IMG/VR virus record: IMGVR_UViG_3300005663_003096
Origin: a virus
Taxonomy: Duplodnaviria; Heunggongvirae; Uroviricota; Caudoviricetes
Strand: one strand, 5' to 3'
DNA: 64,000 bases
The position numbers were made by a program, and so were the translations under genes. Positions 17,438-27,438 of the stretch are shown here, piece after piece. The notes under the pieces are model-generated. The model worked only from the letters and a program-made list of their open reading frames with translations, ran no database searches and was not told where the DNA came from. How positions within the stretch are numbered: the stretch's first letter is position 1; each line of letters begins with the position of its first letter.

Positions 17438-17905
17438 TTGGGCGACGATGTATATCGTGGGTTTGCCCACGACCTGAAGACCACCATCCCGGCACCGAGT
17501 TCTGCTCAGGTCGAAGGGCATATTGGTGACGATCTTCGTCTCTATTCCATTCTCAGAACAGATATCACCATGTCGCAAGGCAAGGCGAATGCCCAATGTG
17601 GTCACGCCTATGTCGCAGCTGCGATCGGTGCTTTGGGCACGCCTGAAGGCGATGCCTATGCCCGTCTGATCCCTGGAACCAAGATCTGCCTCGATGGCGG
17701 ATCGCTTCAGAAGATGCAGCTCCTGATCGAGCAGCTCTCCCTGCAGGGCATTCCCTGCTTTCCCATCATCGACCGCGACCATGTGGAGCTGCCTGACTTT
17801 GATGGCTCTCCGATCCTGACGGCCATTGGCCTCGGGCCCTTCACGCGTGCCGATACCCCCCGCGCCCTGCGCAAACTCAAGCTTTTCAAAGGACTTCAAG
17901 CATGA
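17438..17905 (+). CDS. peptidyl-tRNA hydrolase, PTH2 (archaeal/eukaryotic) family
   Basis: LYSILRTDITMSQGKANAQCGHAYVAAA matches the PTH2 signature (R.DL.MGKGK.AAQ..HA). The downstream part aligns with the rest of the Pth2 fold (…GIPCFPIIDRDHVELPDFDGSPILTAIGLGP…). The N-terminal boundary is uncertain. Confidence 0.7.
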   Translation: MGDDVYRGFAHDLKTTIPAPSSAQVEGHIGDDLRLYSILRTDITMSQGKANAQCGHAYVAAAIGALGTPEGDAYARLIPGTKICLDGGSLQKMQLLIEQLSLQGIPCFPIIDRDHVELPDFDGSPILTAIGLGPFTRADTPRALRKLKLFKGLQA

Positions 17906-18375
17906 CCGATTTTTCCAATTGCCCAGATTGTGGCGGCTACACCCCAGAGGGCACGCCTCTTTGCACGACCTGCAACAGCACCGGCCGGCGCCAGCTGACC
18001 CAAGAGCATATTGATCTGGCGATCAGTGCCAAGGAATGGGCCGACGAAGAGGTCGACCGCTTCTTCTCCGAATGGTGCCGCATCAACAACAAGCATCACG
18101 GTTACGGTGTGGCCAGCTGGGAGATCGGCTCGAAGCTCCACATCACCCAGGACACCTCCTGCATGGGCTGCGCCAGCAGTGAGGACCACAGCTTTCCTGC
18201 TGAGTGGTTCTATGCCACCGGCGAAGCGCGGACTGCGCTGATCGAAAAAGACCTCAAAGATAAACAAGCAGCCGAGCTCCAGCTTCGAAACTGCTCTCGC
18301 GTGGCCCGCCTCGCGCGCCTCAAGAAAGAAGCCGTGGAGCTGGAAGCTGACATCATGAAGGGGGCCTCGGCATGA
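17902..18375 (+). CDS. zinc-ribbon-containing hypothetical protein
   Basis: N-terminal CPDCGG…CTTCNSTG and a later CMGC; ATGA overlap with the PTH2 gene. Confidence 0.45.
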   Translation: MTDFSNCPDCGGYTPEGTPLCTTCNSTGRRQLTQEHIDLAISAKEWADEEVDRFFSEWCRINNKHHGYGVASWEIGSKLHITQDTSCMGCASSEDHSFPAEWFYATGEARTALIEKDLKDKQAAELQLRNCSRVARLARLKKEAVELEADIMKGASA

Positions 18376-18848
18376 GAAAAGCACCCTTCCAGAACAGCCA
18401 ACAGTGGAAGATCGAGCGCGAACATTCGCGGATGAAGAGCCACTACAAGCAGAAGATCATTCAGATGCGCATCGAGGGCGGCCACGGCCTGACCTGGCTG
18501 CCGCACCTCGACCCCAAGATGAGCGACAGCGATTTGTCGATCGCCTTTTACTGGCTCCTGCGCCCTTGGGATGACAGCCCGGCGGCGCGCCTTGGTCTGC
18601 TCACGCGCGCCTGCCCTCCTGGCGATAAGGATGCCTATCTCCTTCACCGCTTCCTTCTCAAGGGCTGGATCAAGGAGTTCGAACACCGCCAGCGCCGTCT
18701 CAAAGCGCGCTGGAGCGCCCCTGGCGGCGACCCGGACGCGCGCAGCCTTTGCCTGCGCAACCGGACCATTATTACCCGCCTGATTTCGATCCTGCGGGCC
18801 TCGCGGCGCTATGCCGGCCAGATGGCCGACCTGGCGCACACCCTGTGA
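18372..18848 (+). CDS. hypothetical basic protein
   Basis: ATGA-coupled to the upstream gene. 158 aa. Confidence 0.4.
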   Translation: MRKAPFQNSQQWKIEREHSRMKSHYKQKIIQMRIEGGHGLTWLPHLDPKMSDSDLSIAFYWLLRPWDDSPAARLGLLTRACPPGDKDAYLLHRFLLKGWIKEFEHRQRRLKARWSAPGGDPDARSLCLRNRTIITRLISILRASRRYAGQMADLAHTL

Positions 18849-18907
18849 CCCTAAGGCCGGGCCGCAATGGTGCGGTCCCGGCGTCCAACAAAAAAGGAAT
18901 TTGGACA

Positions 18908-19326
18908 TGACGACGACAACTACGAAAACAACATTCCCTGCAGTATCTGAAGAGATGAAGGCTGCGGCAGCACGCTACCCCGGTTGCCTCGCTGCCATGA
19001 TGGAGCTCCAGAAAGCGACCGCCTTCAAGGGCTGGTATACGGTCTCCAACGAGGCAGAACAGTCTGCCTACTTCGCTGATAAGCTCGAGTTGAAAACAAA
19101 GGAAGACTACATCGAGATGCGCGATGCTTTGAAAGCATGGCTGCGCCTCATGGAGACCACGCAGCGCAGCTTGAAAGAGATGACATCGCGTCCGGGGGAT
19201 CAGTCTGGGCCCCAGATGCACAAACACTTCGGGGCTGGTCTGGTGACCCAGCTCATTGAGATCCGCCGCGCCGGGAAAATCTGGTCGTCAAATCAGGCAA
19301 AGACAAAAGTCGAAGTAGCGGCATGA
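18908..19326 (+). CDS. hypothetical protein
   Basis: Start at the ATG preceded by AAAAAGGAATTTGGAC (Shine-Dalgarno). MTTTTTKTTFPAVSEEMKAAAARYPG…. Confidence 0.45.
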
Positions 19327-19556
19327 ATAAGCTGGCGGCGGGCTATACCCGCCGCCCTAGCTATTTATGGTTCGACCGGATCTTCGTTTTGACCGGGATG
19401 CGGCCTTCCATGCTCAACGTGATCCGTAGAGTACGGCGGGGTATCATGCACTTTGATCAGGCTGGGATCGTACCCGATATCTGCATTGTCATCGACCGAG
19501 GTGTCGGGCTGTTGGGGTTTAGACAATGTCGCTCTCCTTCGCAGTTACTGCTGAAA

Positions 19557-19784
19557 TCAGACAACAGCAGGTTTGATCTCGCGTGTCGCGTATTTATGCC
19601 CTGCCTTATCCCGGTTGCGGAAGAACTGGTCGATAGCCCAGTCCGGCCGATCCGTTGGAAAACAGGCCACAATCCTGTTCTTGCCGTCCAGGATCTCGAG
19701 CATCACTTTCGGTCCTTCAGCCTGCGCAGGGCCTCCTTCAGGCTCCTTGGTCATCACGTCTTTGCCACCTGTCTTCATAGTCAT
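19557..19784 (-). CDS. small hypothetical protein (75 aa)
   Basis: Protein-like composition (…NRIVACFPTDRPDWAIDQFFRNRDKAGHKYATREIKPAVV). The overlapping + ORF 19323..20036 looks like out-of-frame junk (R/C/S-rich). Confidence 0.4.
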   Translation of the reverse strand: MTMKTGGKDVMTKEPEGGPAQAEGPKVMLEILDGKNRIVACFPTDRPDWAIDQFFRNRDKAGHKYATREIKPAVV

Positions 19785-19921
19785 TTACTCCTCGTTTCAC
19801 AACTTCAGCCTATGCTGTACAACGTGCTGCGAAAAAACATTGTTGATAGTTATCCACATAAAGGCGCGATGCGCTGGCTGTGGGTTCTGGAATGCCACCT
19901 CTTTGCGGATAGTCTGGTGGC

Positions 19922-20239
19922 ATGGATGATAAACACTTTCTCAAGCACGATGACCCGAAGCCCCAAGACTGGGACCCAACGCCGCGCTGGCTGCGCCGGC
20001 TGTATCAAAGCATCGTTGGCCTCTTTGGCCTGTTGATGCTTTTGGCGGCCTGGCCGGTCTTCACACTGGAATCCGGCATTCGGTGCAAATACTTCGAGAT
20101 TTGCGAGACCCTCTCGCCCTTTGGGCCACATGCTTTTGGTACGCTATGGCCAATGGTTGCCATTGGCCTGTTTTGTATTTGGATGGCCTGGCGGATGCAG
20201 CCAGACCGCTTAAAGAACGGGAAGACCCAAAACCCGTAA
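19922..20239 (+). CDS. small membrane protein (2 TM)
   Basis: IVGLFGLLMLLAAWPVF and WPMVAIGLFCIWMAW. Confidence 0.45.
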   Translation: MDDKHFLKHDDPKPQDWDPTPRWLRRLYQSIVGLFGLLMLLAAWPVFTLESGIRCKYFEICETLSPFGPHAFGTLWPMVAIGLFCIWMAWRMQPDRLKNGKTQNP

Positions 20240-20509
20240 CGGCTTTTCTTCATTTGTCCTTCGATCCGCCTCATCAAAGAGCCTGTCGGTGTTCGAGGGC
20301 ACTGTTGGGAAAGCATAGGAACGATAAAGAGGCTCAACCTCCTCCGCCGGGCGCATCTGTACCCCCCTATTGCCGCTCAAGAGCGATATGAAGGATGCAA
20401 GAATGGATCTGGTCATAAGGGTTCTCCGACAGGTTAGAACAACCATATGTCGCCGTTTTTCGCAACCAACCCCCAGAGGGGATCTTATAACCACCAAGCA
20501 TCGAAGCTT

Positions 20510-20956
20510 TTATAGATCAGGCTCCTCCGATGGTGCCCTAAGGCGAAACCGGTCTAGGTCTGCCTCACGGATCATGGCCATGAAATCCGTAGCGCGGCGC
20601 GCAGCGTCGCTGGGCAGTACATCTGCAAGATCGCCTCCCTCTTCTGCTTCGACCATGGCCGAGAGGGCCTGGATATCGAAATCGAATGGGTCAGCCGAGA
20701 CCAGGCAAAGGCGCTCACCCGCGCCGGACGCCGGAAAGTCGCAATCACCGCGCACAAATCCTTTATCGATCGTCCGCCCCGTCTCCGCATCTAGCAAGAG
20801 CCAGAGGGCCCCACGGCGAAAGGCTTCATCGAGCTCGATCATATCTGCACCAAGCTCTTCGCCCGGCGGTCCCATAACGATCACGCCCTGGCGATCTGGA
20901 TCTCGCAGAACGTAGAAGTTCTCATCGAACTGTTTTTCGTCGAACATCGGCGCCAC
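20510..20956 (-). CDS. hypothetical acidic protein
   Basis: ORF of 148 aa. Its start abuts the stop of 20957..21880. Confidence 0.4.
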   Translation of the reverse strand: MAPMFDEKQFDENFYVLRDPDRQGVIVMGPPGEELGADMIELDEAFRRGALWLLLDAETGRTIDKGFVRGDCDFPASGAGERLCLVSADPFDFDIQALSAMVEAEEGGDLADVLPSDAARRATDFMAMIREADLDRFRLRAPSEEPDL

Positions 20957-21880
20957 TTAGTCTGGCTCGTGATCGTCGAGATTCAACTCGAACTTCACCG
21001 GTTCAGCAAAGGGGTTCTTGGGTCTGGGAAGTACCTCAGCTTTGCCGTTGGTGCGCATCATGACGGCGTCGTCGATGTCCGGGGCAGGCTCTGAGAGGTC
21101 AACGGTCACAGGCTCTCCCCGCCGGGGGAGATTGCGGCCCATCGACTGCTGGATGTCGTTTTCTGAGACTGGCTCGTACTTGGTGCGGTCTTTCTTGGCC
21201 GCGTAAGCTGGGAGTTCCTTTTCATAGAGCGCAGGACCTTGTGGTCTGCGGGGCACGCGGCCCAAGTCCTGTAGCGGTGCGCGCTCCCCAGAGTGAGACA
21301 GCTGACGGCGAGACCTGAACATTGGGGCCTCATTCATAGGAAGGGGCTCGACACCTTTTACAGTCTTTCCAACCTGACCCTGCGCTTTCAGCGCGTGATA
21401 CTTGTCGAAATCATGGGCCTCACCAAGCACGACCACATCCACCGGCTTCTGCCCTTTGCGGTGGAGGCGGCCTCTCGACTGCTCGATCTCAATCTCAGGC
21501 ATCGGATGCATGCGTCGGTCGCCATGTCCCGCCAGGCGCTTGCTGAGCTCTTCAGGGTCCATTTCCCGAACCGCTTTGATCATCTCTTCTTGGTGCGGGC
21601 GAAGTTTCACCATTCCCAGCTTGCTCCGATCGCGGGCTTCGGCCTGAAGCCTCGCTTTTGTGCCCTGCTCGCAGTTCCCTGTGAATTCGATGGTGGCACC
21701 CTCAGGCAGGCTGAAGCCCATGTTGAACTTGTGCATGGAGGCGACAGCCGTGCCGCCGTCCCGAATATGCGCGAGCATATCTTTGATGTCCTGGGGCCGG
21801 GCGAAACCGCGGGCTTCGCGGCGCGAGGCCTCAAGCATCATTTCTTGATCATCTGCTGTAAATACGAGTTTGCCGGACAT
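20957..21880 (-). CDS. hypothetical protein
   Basis: ORF of 307 aa. The upstream divergent region carries the TTGCGAAAA motif. Confidence 0.4.
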   Translation of the reverse strand: MSGKLVFTADDQEMMLEASRREARGFARPQDIKDMLAHIRDGGTAVASMHKFNMGFSLPEGATIEFTGNCEQGTKARLQAEARDRSKLGMVKLRPHQEEMIKAVREMDPEELSKRLAGHGDRRMHPMPEIEIEQSRGRLHRKGQKPVDVVVLGEAHDFDKYHALKAQGQVGKTVKGVEPLPMNEAPMFRSRRQLSHSGERAPLQDLGRVPRRPQGPALYEKELPAYAAKKDRTKYEPVSENDIQQSMGRNLPRRGEPVTVDLSEPAPDIDDAVMMRTNGKAEVLPRPKNPFAEPVKFELNLDDHEPD

Positions 21881-22020
21881 GGTATCGGAACTCCATAGGT
21901 TTGGATTCTGCTGTTCCCTATATGATACTGTTCAATTGCGAAAATTGATATTGATCTTCTAATACCTTCCTCTTTTCGGGCTTCAAGCATAGATTGAGGA
22001 CAACATCAGAGGAGAAGTTC

Positions 22021-22983
22021 ATGTCCGGAAAACTGACCGCGGAAGAGGCGTCAAGGCGTCTATTGGGTCTGGCGCGCGGGATTGCGCATCAGGCCGAGAC
22101 CGAGCCGGGTCTCACCCGATCCCAGCGGTGCGAGAAGACAGCCTACGGGCTGCTGGCCTTGCTCGACGGTAAGACGCCTAAATTCCCGCGCTGCATGCTT
22201 GCGCCGCAACAGCATGAGGAAGACATCGCGGAAGCAAAGGCCGAGGGCATGCCTTGGTACAATGAAGACATCTTCTGCAGCCCCGGCCTCTCCGACCACT
22301 TTCTGTCGCGTCTGAAGGACCCGTCCTGGCTGCCGGAGCGAACCGATGCTGCGCCCTACACCGCTGATGAAATTCGCGATCAGATCGTGCGTTCCTTCAT
22401 GGGTAGTGCTGAATATTGGGCAAAGAACAACAAAACGGATGAGTTGAAAAATTGTGATGGTGTGGCCTTCAGCTGCTTTGGCGCGCTCGACGGTGTCAGT
22501 TTGAGCGGGCAGATGATGTCGATCATTCTCGATGCTGAAGACATTGCGCAGCGCCATGAGCTTCGTGAATTCCAGCCCGAGGTTCTGCAGCCCTACCTGC
22601 ACGAACTCTATCACAGCACCGACCCCATCGAGATTGAGATCCCCACGCCCGGCGCGCTGAACCTCTATTCTGTGAGCGTCCCCAATTCCATGGAGAGCAG
22701 CGATTGGTATGTGGTAGCGCGAGACGCAACTCATGCCGCTGAAATCTATACTCAAGGTGTCATTGACGAAAAAATCTCTGTAGATGCATGGGAGATGGAC
22801 GGCGCGCGCTCTCTGACTGTCCAATGGGTCGGCAAGAACGCCACAGGCGAACCGCGTTGGATTGATTGGGGGTCTACGAATACGATCACGATGCGTCTTA
22901 CCCCCTATGAGGTGGATCTCGTCGCCCTTGCGGACCTCGCGAACTGGAATGACTTCCAAAAGGAACAGGGCCTCGAGCCATGA
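22021..22983 (+). CDS. hypothetical protein
   Basis: Start at the ATG with Shine-Dalgarno AGAGGAGAAGTTC-ATG (MSGKLTAEEASRR…). Confidence 0.45.
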   Translation: MSGKLTAEEASRRLLGLARGIAHQAETEPGLTRSQRCEKTAYGLLALLDGKTPKFPRCMLAPQQHEEDIAEAKAEGMPWYNEDIFCSPGLSDHFLSRLKDPSWLPERTDAAPYTADEIRDQIVRSFMGSAEYWAKNNKTDELKNCDGVAFSCFGALDGVSLSGQMMSIILDAEDIAQRHELREFQPEVLQPYLHELYHSTDPIEIEIPTPGALNLYSVSVPNSMESSDWYVVARDATHAAEIYTQGVIDEKISVDAWEMDGARSLTVQWVGKNATGEPRWIDWGSTNTITMRLTPYEVDLVALADLANWNDFQKEQGLEP

Positions 22984-23582
22984 GCTCAGCTCCGATCGAG
23001 ATCATCGCGCATAAATCCTCGGGTTACGGCCCGCGGACCTATGCCAACGCCCATGAGGGTGATCTGACGATCGCTGTGGCCGCCAACTACAAGACCGGCG
23101 GGGAGCGTCTGACCCATAAGGCCGCCGGGGACAAGTTCCTCGCCCTGCCCTTGGCGATGGATGCAATCGAGGCCGCGCGGCTCCTCTACCGCACGCTGCG
23201 GGATCGGGACCTAAAGAACCCGGTCATCAATGTCGCGGGCAATGGCATGCAGACGATGAGCCGCAATGGCTTCACCCAGGAGTTCGTGAATATCCGGCTG
23301 CTGGAGATCTTGAGCCCGGTCCATAAGCACTGGCCGATCGCCAAGGTGATCTCCGGCGGCCAGACCGGCGCCGATATGGCCGGCGGCATTGCGGCGCATG
23401 CATTGGGTATTCCGGTGAAACTGCATTTCCCCGCCGGGTTCAAGCAGCGCTATGCTGATGGGGTGGATCAAACCTTCTCCAAGGAAGATATCCTTCAGCA
23501 GGTGAAGGATGGTGTGGCTGCGCTGAAGCAGGAAGCTCAGAAGAGGCGTGACCAAGATCAGGAAGATGCGCCCGCGCCGTGA
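22980..23582 (+). CDS. SLOG/DprA-LOG-like Rossmann-fold protein
   Basis: VISGGQTGADMAGGIAAHALGIPV resembles the DprA/LOG/YpsA (SLOG superfamily) glycine-rich nucleotide-binding loop; ATGA overlap with the upstream gene. Confidence 0.4.
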   Translation: MSSAPIEIIAHKSSGYGPRTYANAHEGDLTIAVAANYKTGGERLTHKAAGDKFLALPLAMDAIEAARLLYRTLRDRDLKNPVINVAGNGMQTMSRNGFTQEFVNIRLLEILSPVHKHWPIAKVISGGQTGADMAGGIAAHALGIPVKLHFPAGFKQRYADGVDQTFSKEDILQQVKDGVAALKQEAQKRRDQDQEDAPAP

Positions 23583-23636
23583 TTAAAACGCTTAAACTGA
23601 GTAGCGATATAACTTTTGAAACTTACGGACGAATTT

Positions 23637-25340
23637 ATGCTGAAATCGAAAGATGCGTGGCAAGAATATTTCAATGAAGTCAGCTTCCCCCTAAGGGATG
23701 TGAGCAAACATGTCAGCACAGCGGTGTTTGCAGTGTACGATGGAGTGTGCATTTTTTGTAAAGAGCGAAAGGCTGAACACGTAGACCACATCGTTCCGCA
23801 CTCCCTGGGTGGGCCTGATAGATCCGATAATTTCGCTGCATCCTGCACGCGGTGTAATTTGCGAAAACACGATAAATTACTGCCTCTACCGGTTCTCGGA
23901 ATCGCGCTCCTGGAGGCGCGCAGGAAAGCTGAAGATGTAGAGCAAATGATTGCGGAGCTCGAAAATGGGGTTCAATCGACATACAAAGCATATCGATCTA
24001 AAGGGGAACGTGCCGTTCTATTGCACGAAAGCTATATTCTTCATAGATGTGAAGACGGGGGGGGCGTGAGGCCTGTCGCTCGGATCTATTACAAGAATGA
24101 TCCTCGATCTCGGCTAGGTCATCACCATCAGAATGGCGATTTCCCGGATATTCGCTTCTCATACGGCCGCAAATTTCTGAAGTCCAAGATGGCTCACGCC
24201 CTTTCTCCGGGGCTCCCTCTGGAGCCCGAAGAATACAAGAACCCTGAGGACTTCGAGACGCTAAACCTGCTTAGGGATATGGAGCCCGACCATTGGGGGC
24301 GAAGTATCGTGGACTACGCGGTACACCTAACCACCAATCGACATCCCAAGATGAGCGACTACCTCCTCTTCAACGAGACACGGTTCCGCCCTGGAGGTCT
24401 ATTCCTCGCCAAGACGCCCGGAGGTGAGGGAATTGGATACGATATCAGCTTGGCTGATCGTGAGGTGACATTCGATGACGCAGTCCGCTTTCAGACATTC
24501 ATGGATGCACAGGAAGATTTCTGGGCGGAACTTCCCGCTGAACTTCATCATTGCCTTCCAGCCGCTGCTGCTTTGGGGGGCGCTCAGCCGAAGATATGCA
24601 TCGACTGGATGGATGAGCTATGGGTGCTAAAATTGCCAAACGAGCGTCACGTTATCAACATGGCCGCGGCCGAGGCGGGCTGTCTTGACCTTTGCGAAAT
24701 GGCAGGCATTGCCGTACCTGATCGAGAGGTAAGATCCTTTGGACCCCGCTCGAGTGTGTTATTGGTCAAGCGCTTTGACAGAGTTTCCGCGCCTGGAGGC
24801 CGCATTCGCCGCCATATGATATCCTCACTCACACTGCTTGAGCGTCATGAGATGGACCGAGGGGTATCTGGTTATGCTGATATCTACCTAGCACTTCGGG
24901 CTTCCGGAGCGCCCAGTGTCGTCGGTGAGGATCTTTACCGTCGAATGCTGATGAATGTTCTTTGCGGCAATACCGACGATCATTATAGGAACCACGCTTT
25001 TTTCCAGAAAGATGACGGATCATTCACACCAACGCCCGTTTACGATGTCACTCCGACTATTCAAGTATCCCCATCTCGCAGGTTGTTCCTGCATCTCGGG
25101 AGGGCCGGGTGTGGCCGGGATGCGACAGTTGAAAATGCAGTGTCAGCGGCAAGCTCTCTGGATGTCGAACGAGATAGGGCCATTGAGATTGCCAATGAGC
25201 TTAGCTTGATGGTCGCTAGAAGCTGGAAAGATGCGATGAGACGGCATGGCGCGAGTGATGTCTGTATCGAAAGGATGGCGACGAGCTTCTCTGAGGCTGG
25301 CAATACAATCGCCTGCAATGACCCGGGTTTGAACATGTGA
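23637..25340 (+). CDS. HNH endonuclease domain fused to a HipA-like Ser/Thr kinase
   Basis: N-terminal CIFCKERKAEHVDHIVPHSLGGPDRSDNFAASCTRCNLRKHDK is a canonical HNH. The C-terminal part carries the HipA catalytic motifs GAQPKICIDW and CGNTDDHYRNHAFF. Local GC is lower than the flanks. The track ORF starts at TTG 23616; the first ATG is at 23637. Confidence 0.65.
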   Translation: MLKSKDAWQEYFNEVSFPLRDVSKHVSTAVFAVYDGVCIFCKERKAEHVDHIVPHSLGGPDRSDNFAASCTRCNLRKHDKLLPLPVLGIALLEARRKAEDVEQMIAELENGVQSTYKAYRSKGERAVLLHESYILHRCEDGGGVRPVARIYYKNDPRSRLGHHHQNGDFPDIRFSYGRKFLKSKMAHALSPGLPLEPEEYKNPEDFETLNLLRDMEPDHWGRSIVDYAVHLTTNRHPKMSDYLLFNETRFRPGGLFLAKTPGGEGIGYDISLADREVTFDDAVRFQTFMDAQEDFWAELPAELHHCLPAAAALGGAQPKICIDWMDELWVLKLPNERHVINMAAAEAGCLDLCEMAGIAVPDREVRSFGPRSSVLLVKRFDRVSAPGGRIRRHMISSLTLLERHEMDRGVSGYADIYLALRASGAPSVVGEDLYRRMLMNVLCGNTDDHYRNHAFFQKDDGSFTPTPVYDVTPTIQVSPSRRLFLHLGRAGCGRDATVENAVSAASSLDVERDRAIEIANELSLMVARSWKDAMRRHGASDVCIERMATSFSEAGNTIACNDPGLNM

Positions 25341-25350
25341 GCACGATTTA

Positions 25351-26475
25351 TCAGTCCTCGATGAGATTATCTTCCCTCGGGTCATCCCGGTCTGAAGGCT
25401 GGTCGGCCGCGCGGTTTTGCCGGGCTTGTAGAAGCTCATCATAGGTCTGTACCGGAGAATACTCCAAACAGTTCGTGGCCTTGTTGATCCCCGTCGGTAA
25501 GATCTTTCCGCGTTGTTTGAAGCAGACCATGGGCTGACGTGTTGAATTGCTGATGGCGCCGTAGCGACACTGCAAACAGGTCCGGGCGTTGACCCCACCC
25601 TCGTAATGCGCGGCTTTTAAAAAGGCATCGATCCGCTCGACGGGTCTGAGGCCCCGCAGCTTATCCGTGACCACCTCCCAATGTACGATGCTGCTGCGCG
25701 CGAGGATTTTCTTGAACCGCTGGCGGCTCTGGGAGGTCATCTGCACCTTGCCGCTGCGGTAGATGATGAAGACCGTCTCCTCCTTTGGGCAAGCGGAGCA
25801 CCGGTCGACAAAGCGTTCGGACAGCGGAGACAGATTGAAGCCGCGGCCGCGGTCGCTGTCGATCGTGATCCCGGTCCTGAGCCGAGCGATGTCCTTCTCC
25901 GAAGAGACCTTCGTTTCCAGTATGGGTAGGCCGCTGGCCAGCTTCTCCGGCGCGCAGGGGTGAGAGACTTCGATCTCGATGAGCAAGCGTGCGCCCTCTC
26001 CTCCTTTCGTCAGCAGCACATCTGCGATGAACCCCCCGACGCCGACCTCTTCTGCAGCGGTGTCCAGCCACTGCGTCAGGTCAAAGACCTCTGGTGCTTC
26101 GGGCTTGCTACAGCCATCCGGGAAGAGATCTGCGGCCGACATGCACCGAACCTTGCGGTTGCGGGTGAGCTTGTATTGCCTTCCCTCCCGGCACGCCGCG
26201 GTAAAACCTGCCACCACAGCCATCTTGGCGGCGCGGTGCAGATAGGTCTCATGCGAACAGTCGATTTCAGCATCGGAGGTATGTCGGAAGTGGTGAACGC
26301 GGATCTTGCCGAGCACGGGCAGCATGCCATTGCCGCAGCCCAGACAGGTATAGGGTCCGCGGGCGTTGCGATCCTCAGCCCTCAGTTCTTTGACGTCGAC
26401 CAGATCGCCATGCGTATTGGTACAGAACCGCGCCTTCATTTGTGCTGAGGCCTCCCCTGCCCTTGCCAAAACCAT
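25351..26475 (-). CDS. CoiA-like family nuclease (competence protein CoiA-like)
   Basis: YTCLGCGNGMLPVLGKIRVHHFRHTSD matches the CoiA N-terminal Zn-finger/HFAH-type motif. LIEIEVSH is a PD-(D/E)xK-like E-x-E/S motif. 374 aa, typical CoiA size. Confidence 0.55.
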   Translation of the reverse strand: MVLARAGEASAQMKARFCTNTHGDLVDVKELRAEDRNARGPYTCLGCGNGMLPVLGKIRVHHFRHTSDAEIDCSHETYLHRAAKMAVVAGFTAACREGRQYKLTRNRKVRCMSAADLFPDGCSKPEAPEVFDLTQWLDTAAEEVGVGGFIADVLLTKGGEGARLLIEIEVSHPCAPEKLASGLPILETKVSSEKDIARLRTGITIDSDRGRGFNLSPLSERFVDRCSACPKEETVFIIYRSGKVQMTSQSRQRFKKILARSSIVHWEVVTDKLRGLRPVERIDAFLKAAHYEGGVNARTCLQCRYGAISNSTRQPMVCFKQRGKILPTGINKATNCLEYSPVQTYDELLQARQNRAADQPSDRDDPREDNLIED

Positions 26476-26523
26476 GGCAGATTACCAATCTGGCGGCAAA
26501 TGCAACGGGATGGGAACTAAAGA

Positions 26524-27438
26524 ATGGTTGGTGACGCGGACCTGAATCGAGAGGCACCCTTCGATAACAATATCACCGACGCGCTGGGCCTATATGTCTA
26601 TGCCCTCTTCGATCCGCGAGACGGCTCCCCTTTCTATGTGGGCAAAGGTGGCGGCCGGCACGGCAACGATCGCGTTCTGCACCATTTCTTCGAAGCCAGG
26701 GAAGACATGAAGCGTGAATCTGGTCCCAATGACAAGGAACGCGCCAAGCTCAAAAGGATTCAAGAAATATGGGGCGCCGGTCTCGAGGTTGAATGGAAGA
26801 TCATGCGCCGCAAACTGCGGGATGAGGCGGAAGCACTGAATGTAGAAGCCGCCTTGATGGATGCATTCGCCGCCTGTGGCCACATCCTCACCAACATCCA
26901 AGGCGGCCACAGGAGTGGCCATCAAGGGCTGATTGCGGGGAGTGCGCTAAGGGAATTCGCAGCACCTCCAATCACCGGACAAGATTTCCCGGCCGAGCTG
27001 CGCAACCGACCGATCTTTATCTTCAACATCGGCACCAAGGTCAGCAGGATGTGGAAGAAGATCGACCGGATCAAAAACCCTAAAGAAAGACCTGACTACG
27101 TCAAAGCAACACAATGTTGCTGGAAACTGGGGCCCTATTGGCCAAATCAGCGTGATGCCATCGCCATGGGGGTCGTGGCGGGCATCAGCCGCTCCGCAAT
27201 AGGCATTGCTGATTGGACGCCCTGTACAGATGACCCGGAGCGGTGGCAGATCACGCCGACGGAATTAGATCCTGAAATCCACCAAGTGGTGGTGAACAGA
27301 AAATTCAGCGCGCTTCTTGAGCCAGTCAAAGGGTATCTGCAGCTCGGCGGATTTACCGTCATAGAAATCTCAGACGAGGGCGAATGTACTTTCCTTCGTG
27401 GTTCTAAATCGTCACAGAAGGCTGGTTCCAGCGGCTGA
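26524..27438 (+). CDS. GIY-YIG nuclease domain protein
   Basis: GLYVYALFDPRDGSPFYVGKGGGRHGNDRV contains the GIY…YIG-type pair (LYVY … FYVGKG), with a conserved Arg and downstream Glu/Asn. Confidence 0.55.
   Translation: MVGDADLNREAPFDNNITDALGLYVYALFDPRDGSPFYVGKGGGRHGNDRVLHHFFEAREDMKRESGPNDKERAKLKRIQEIWGAGLEVEWKIMRRKLRDEAEALNVEAALMDAFAACGHILTNIQGGHRSGHQGLIAGSALREFAAPPITGQDFPAELRNRPIFIFNIGTKVSRMWKKIDRIKNPKERPDYVKATQCCWKLGPYWPNQRDAIAMGVVAGISRSAIGIADWTPCTDDPERWQITPTELDPEIHQVVVNRKFSALLEPVKGYLQLGGFTVIEISDEGECTFLRGSKSSQKAGSSG

Noticed and set aside
19323-20036. 237-aa + strand ORF
   Set aside because: Cys/Arg/Ser/Leu-rich with no protein-like pattern. It overlaps a better small minus-strand ORF (19557..19784) and an intergenic region containing the island motif. 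The downstream membrane protein 19922..20239 was kept.
22060-22959. 299-aa minus-strand ORF
   Set aside because: Antisense to 22021..22983, which has a consensus Shine-Dalgarno and better composition.
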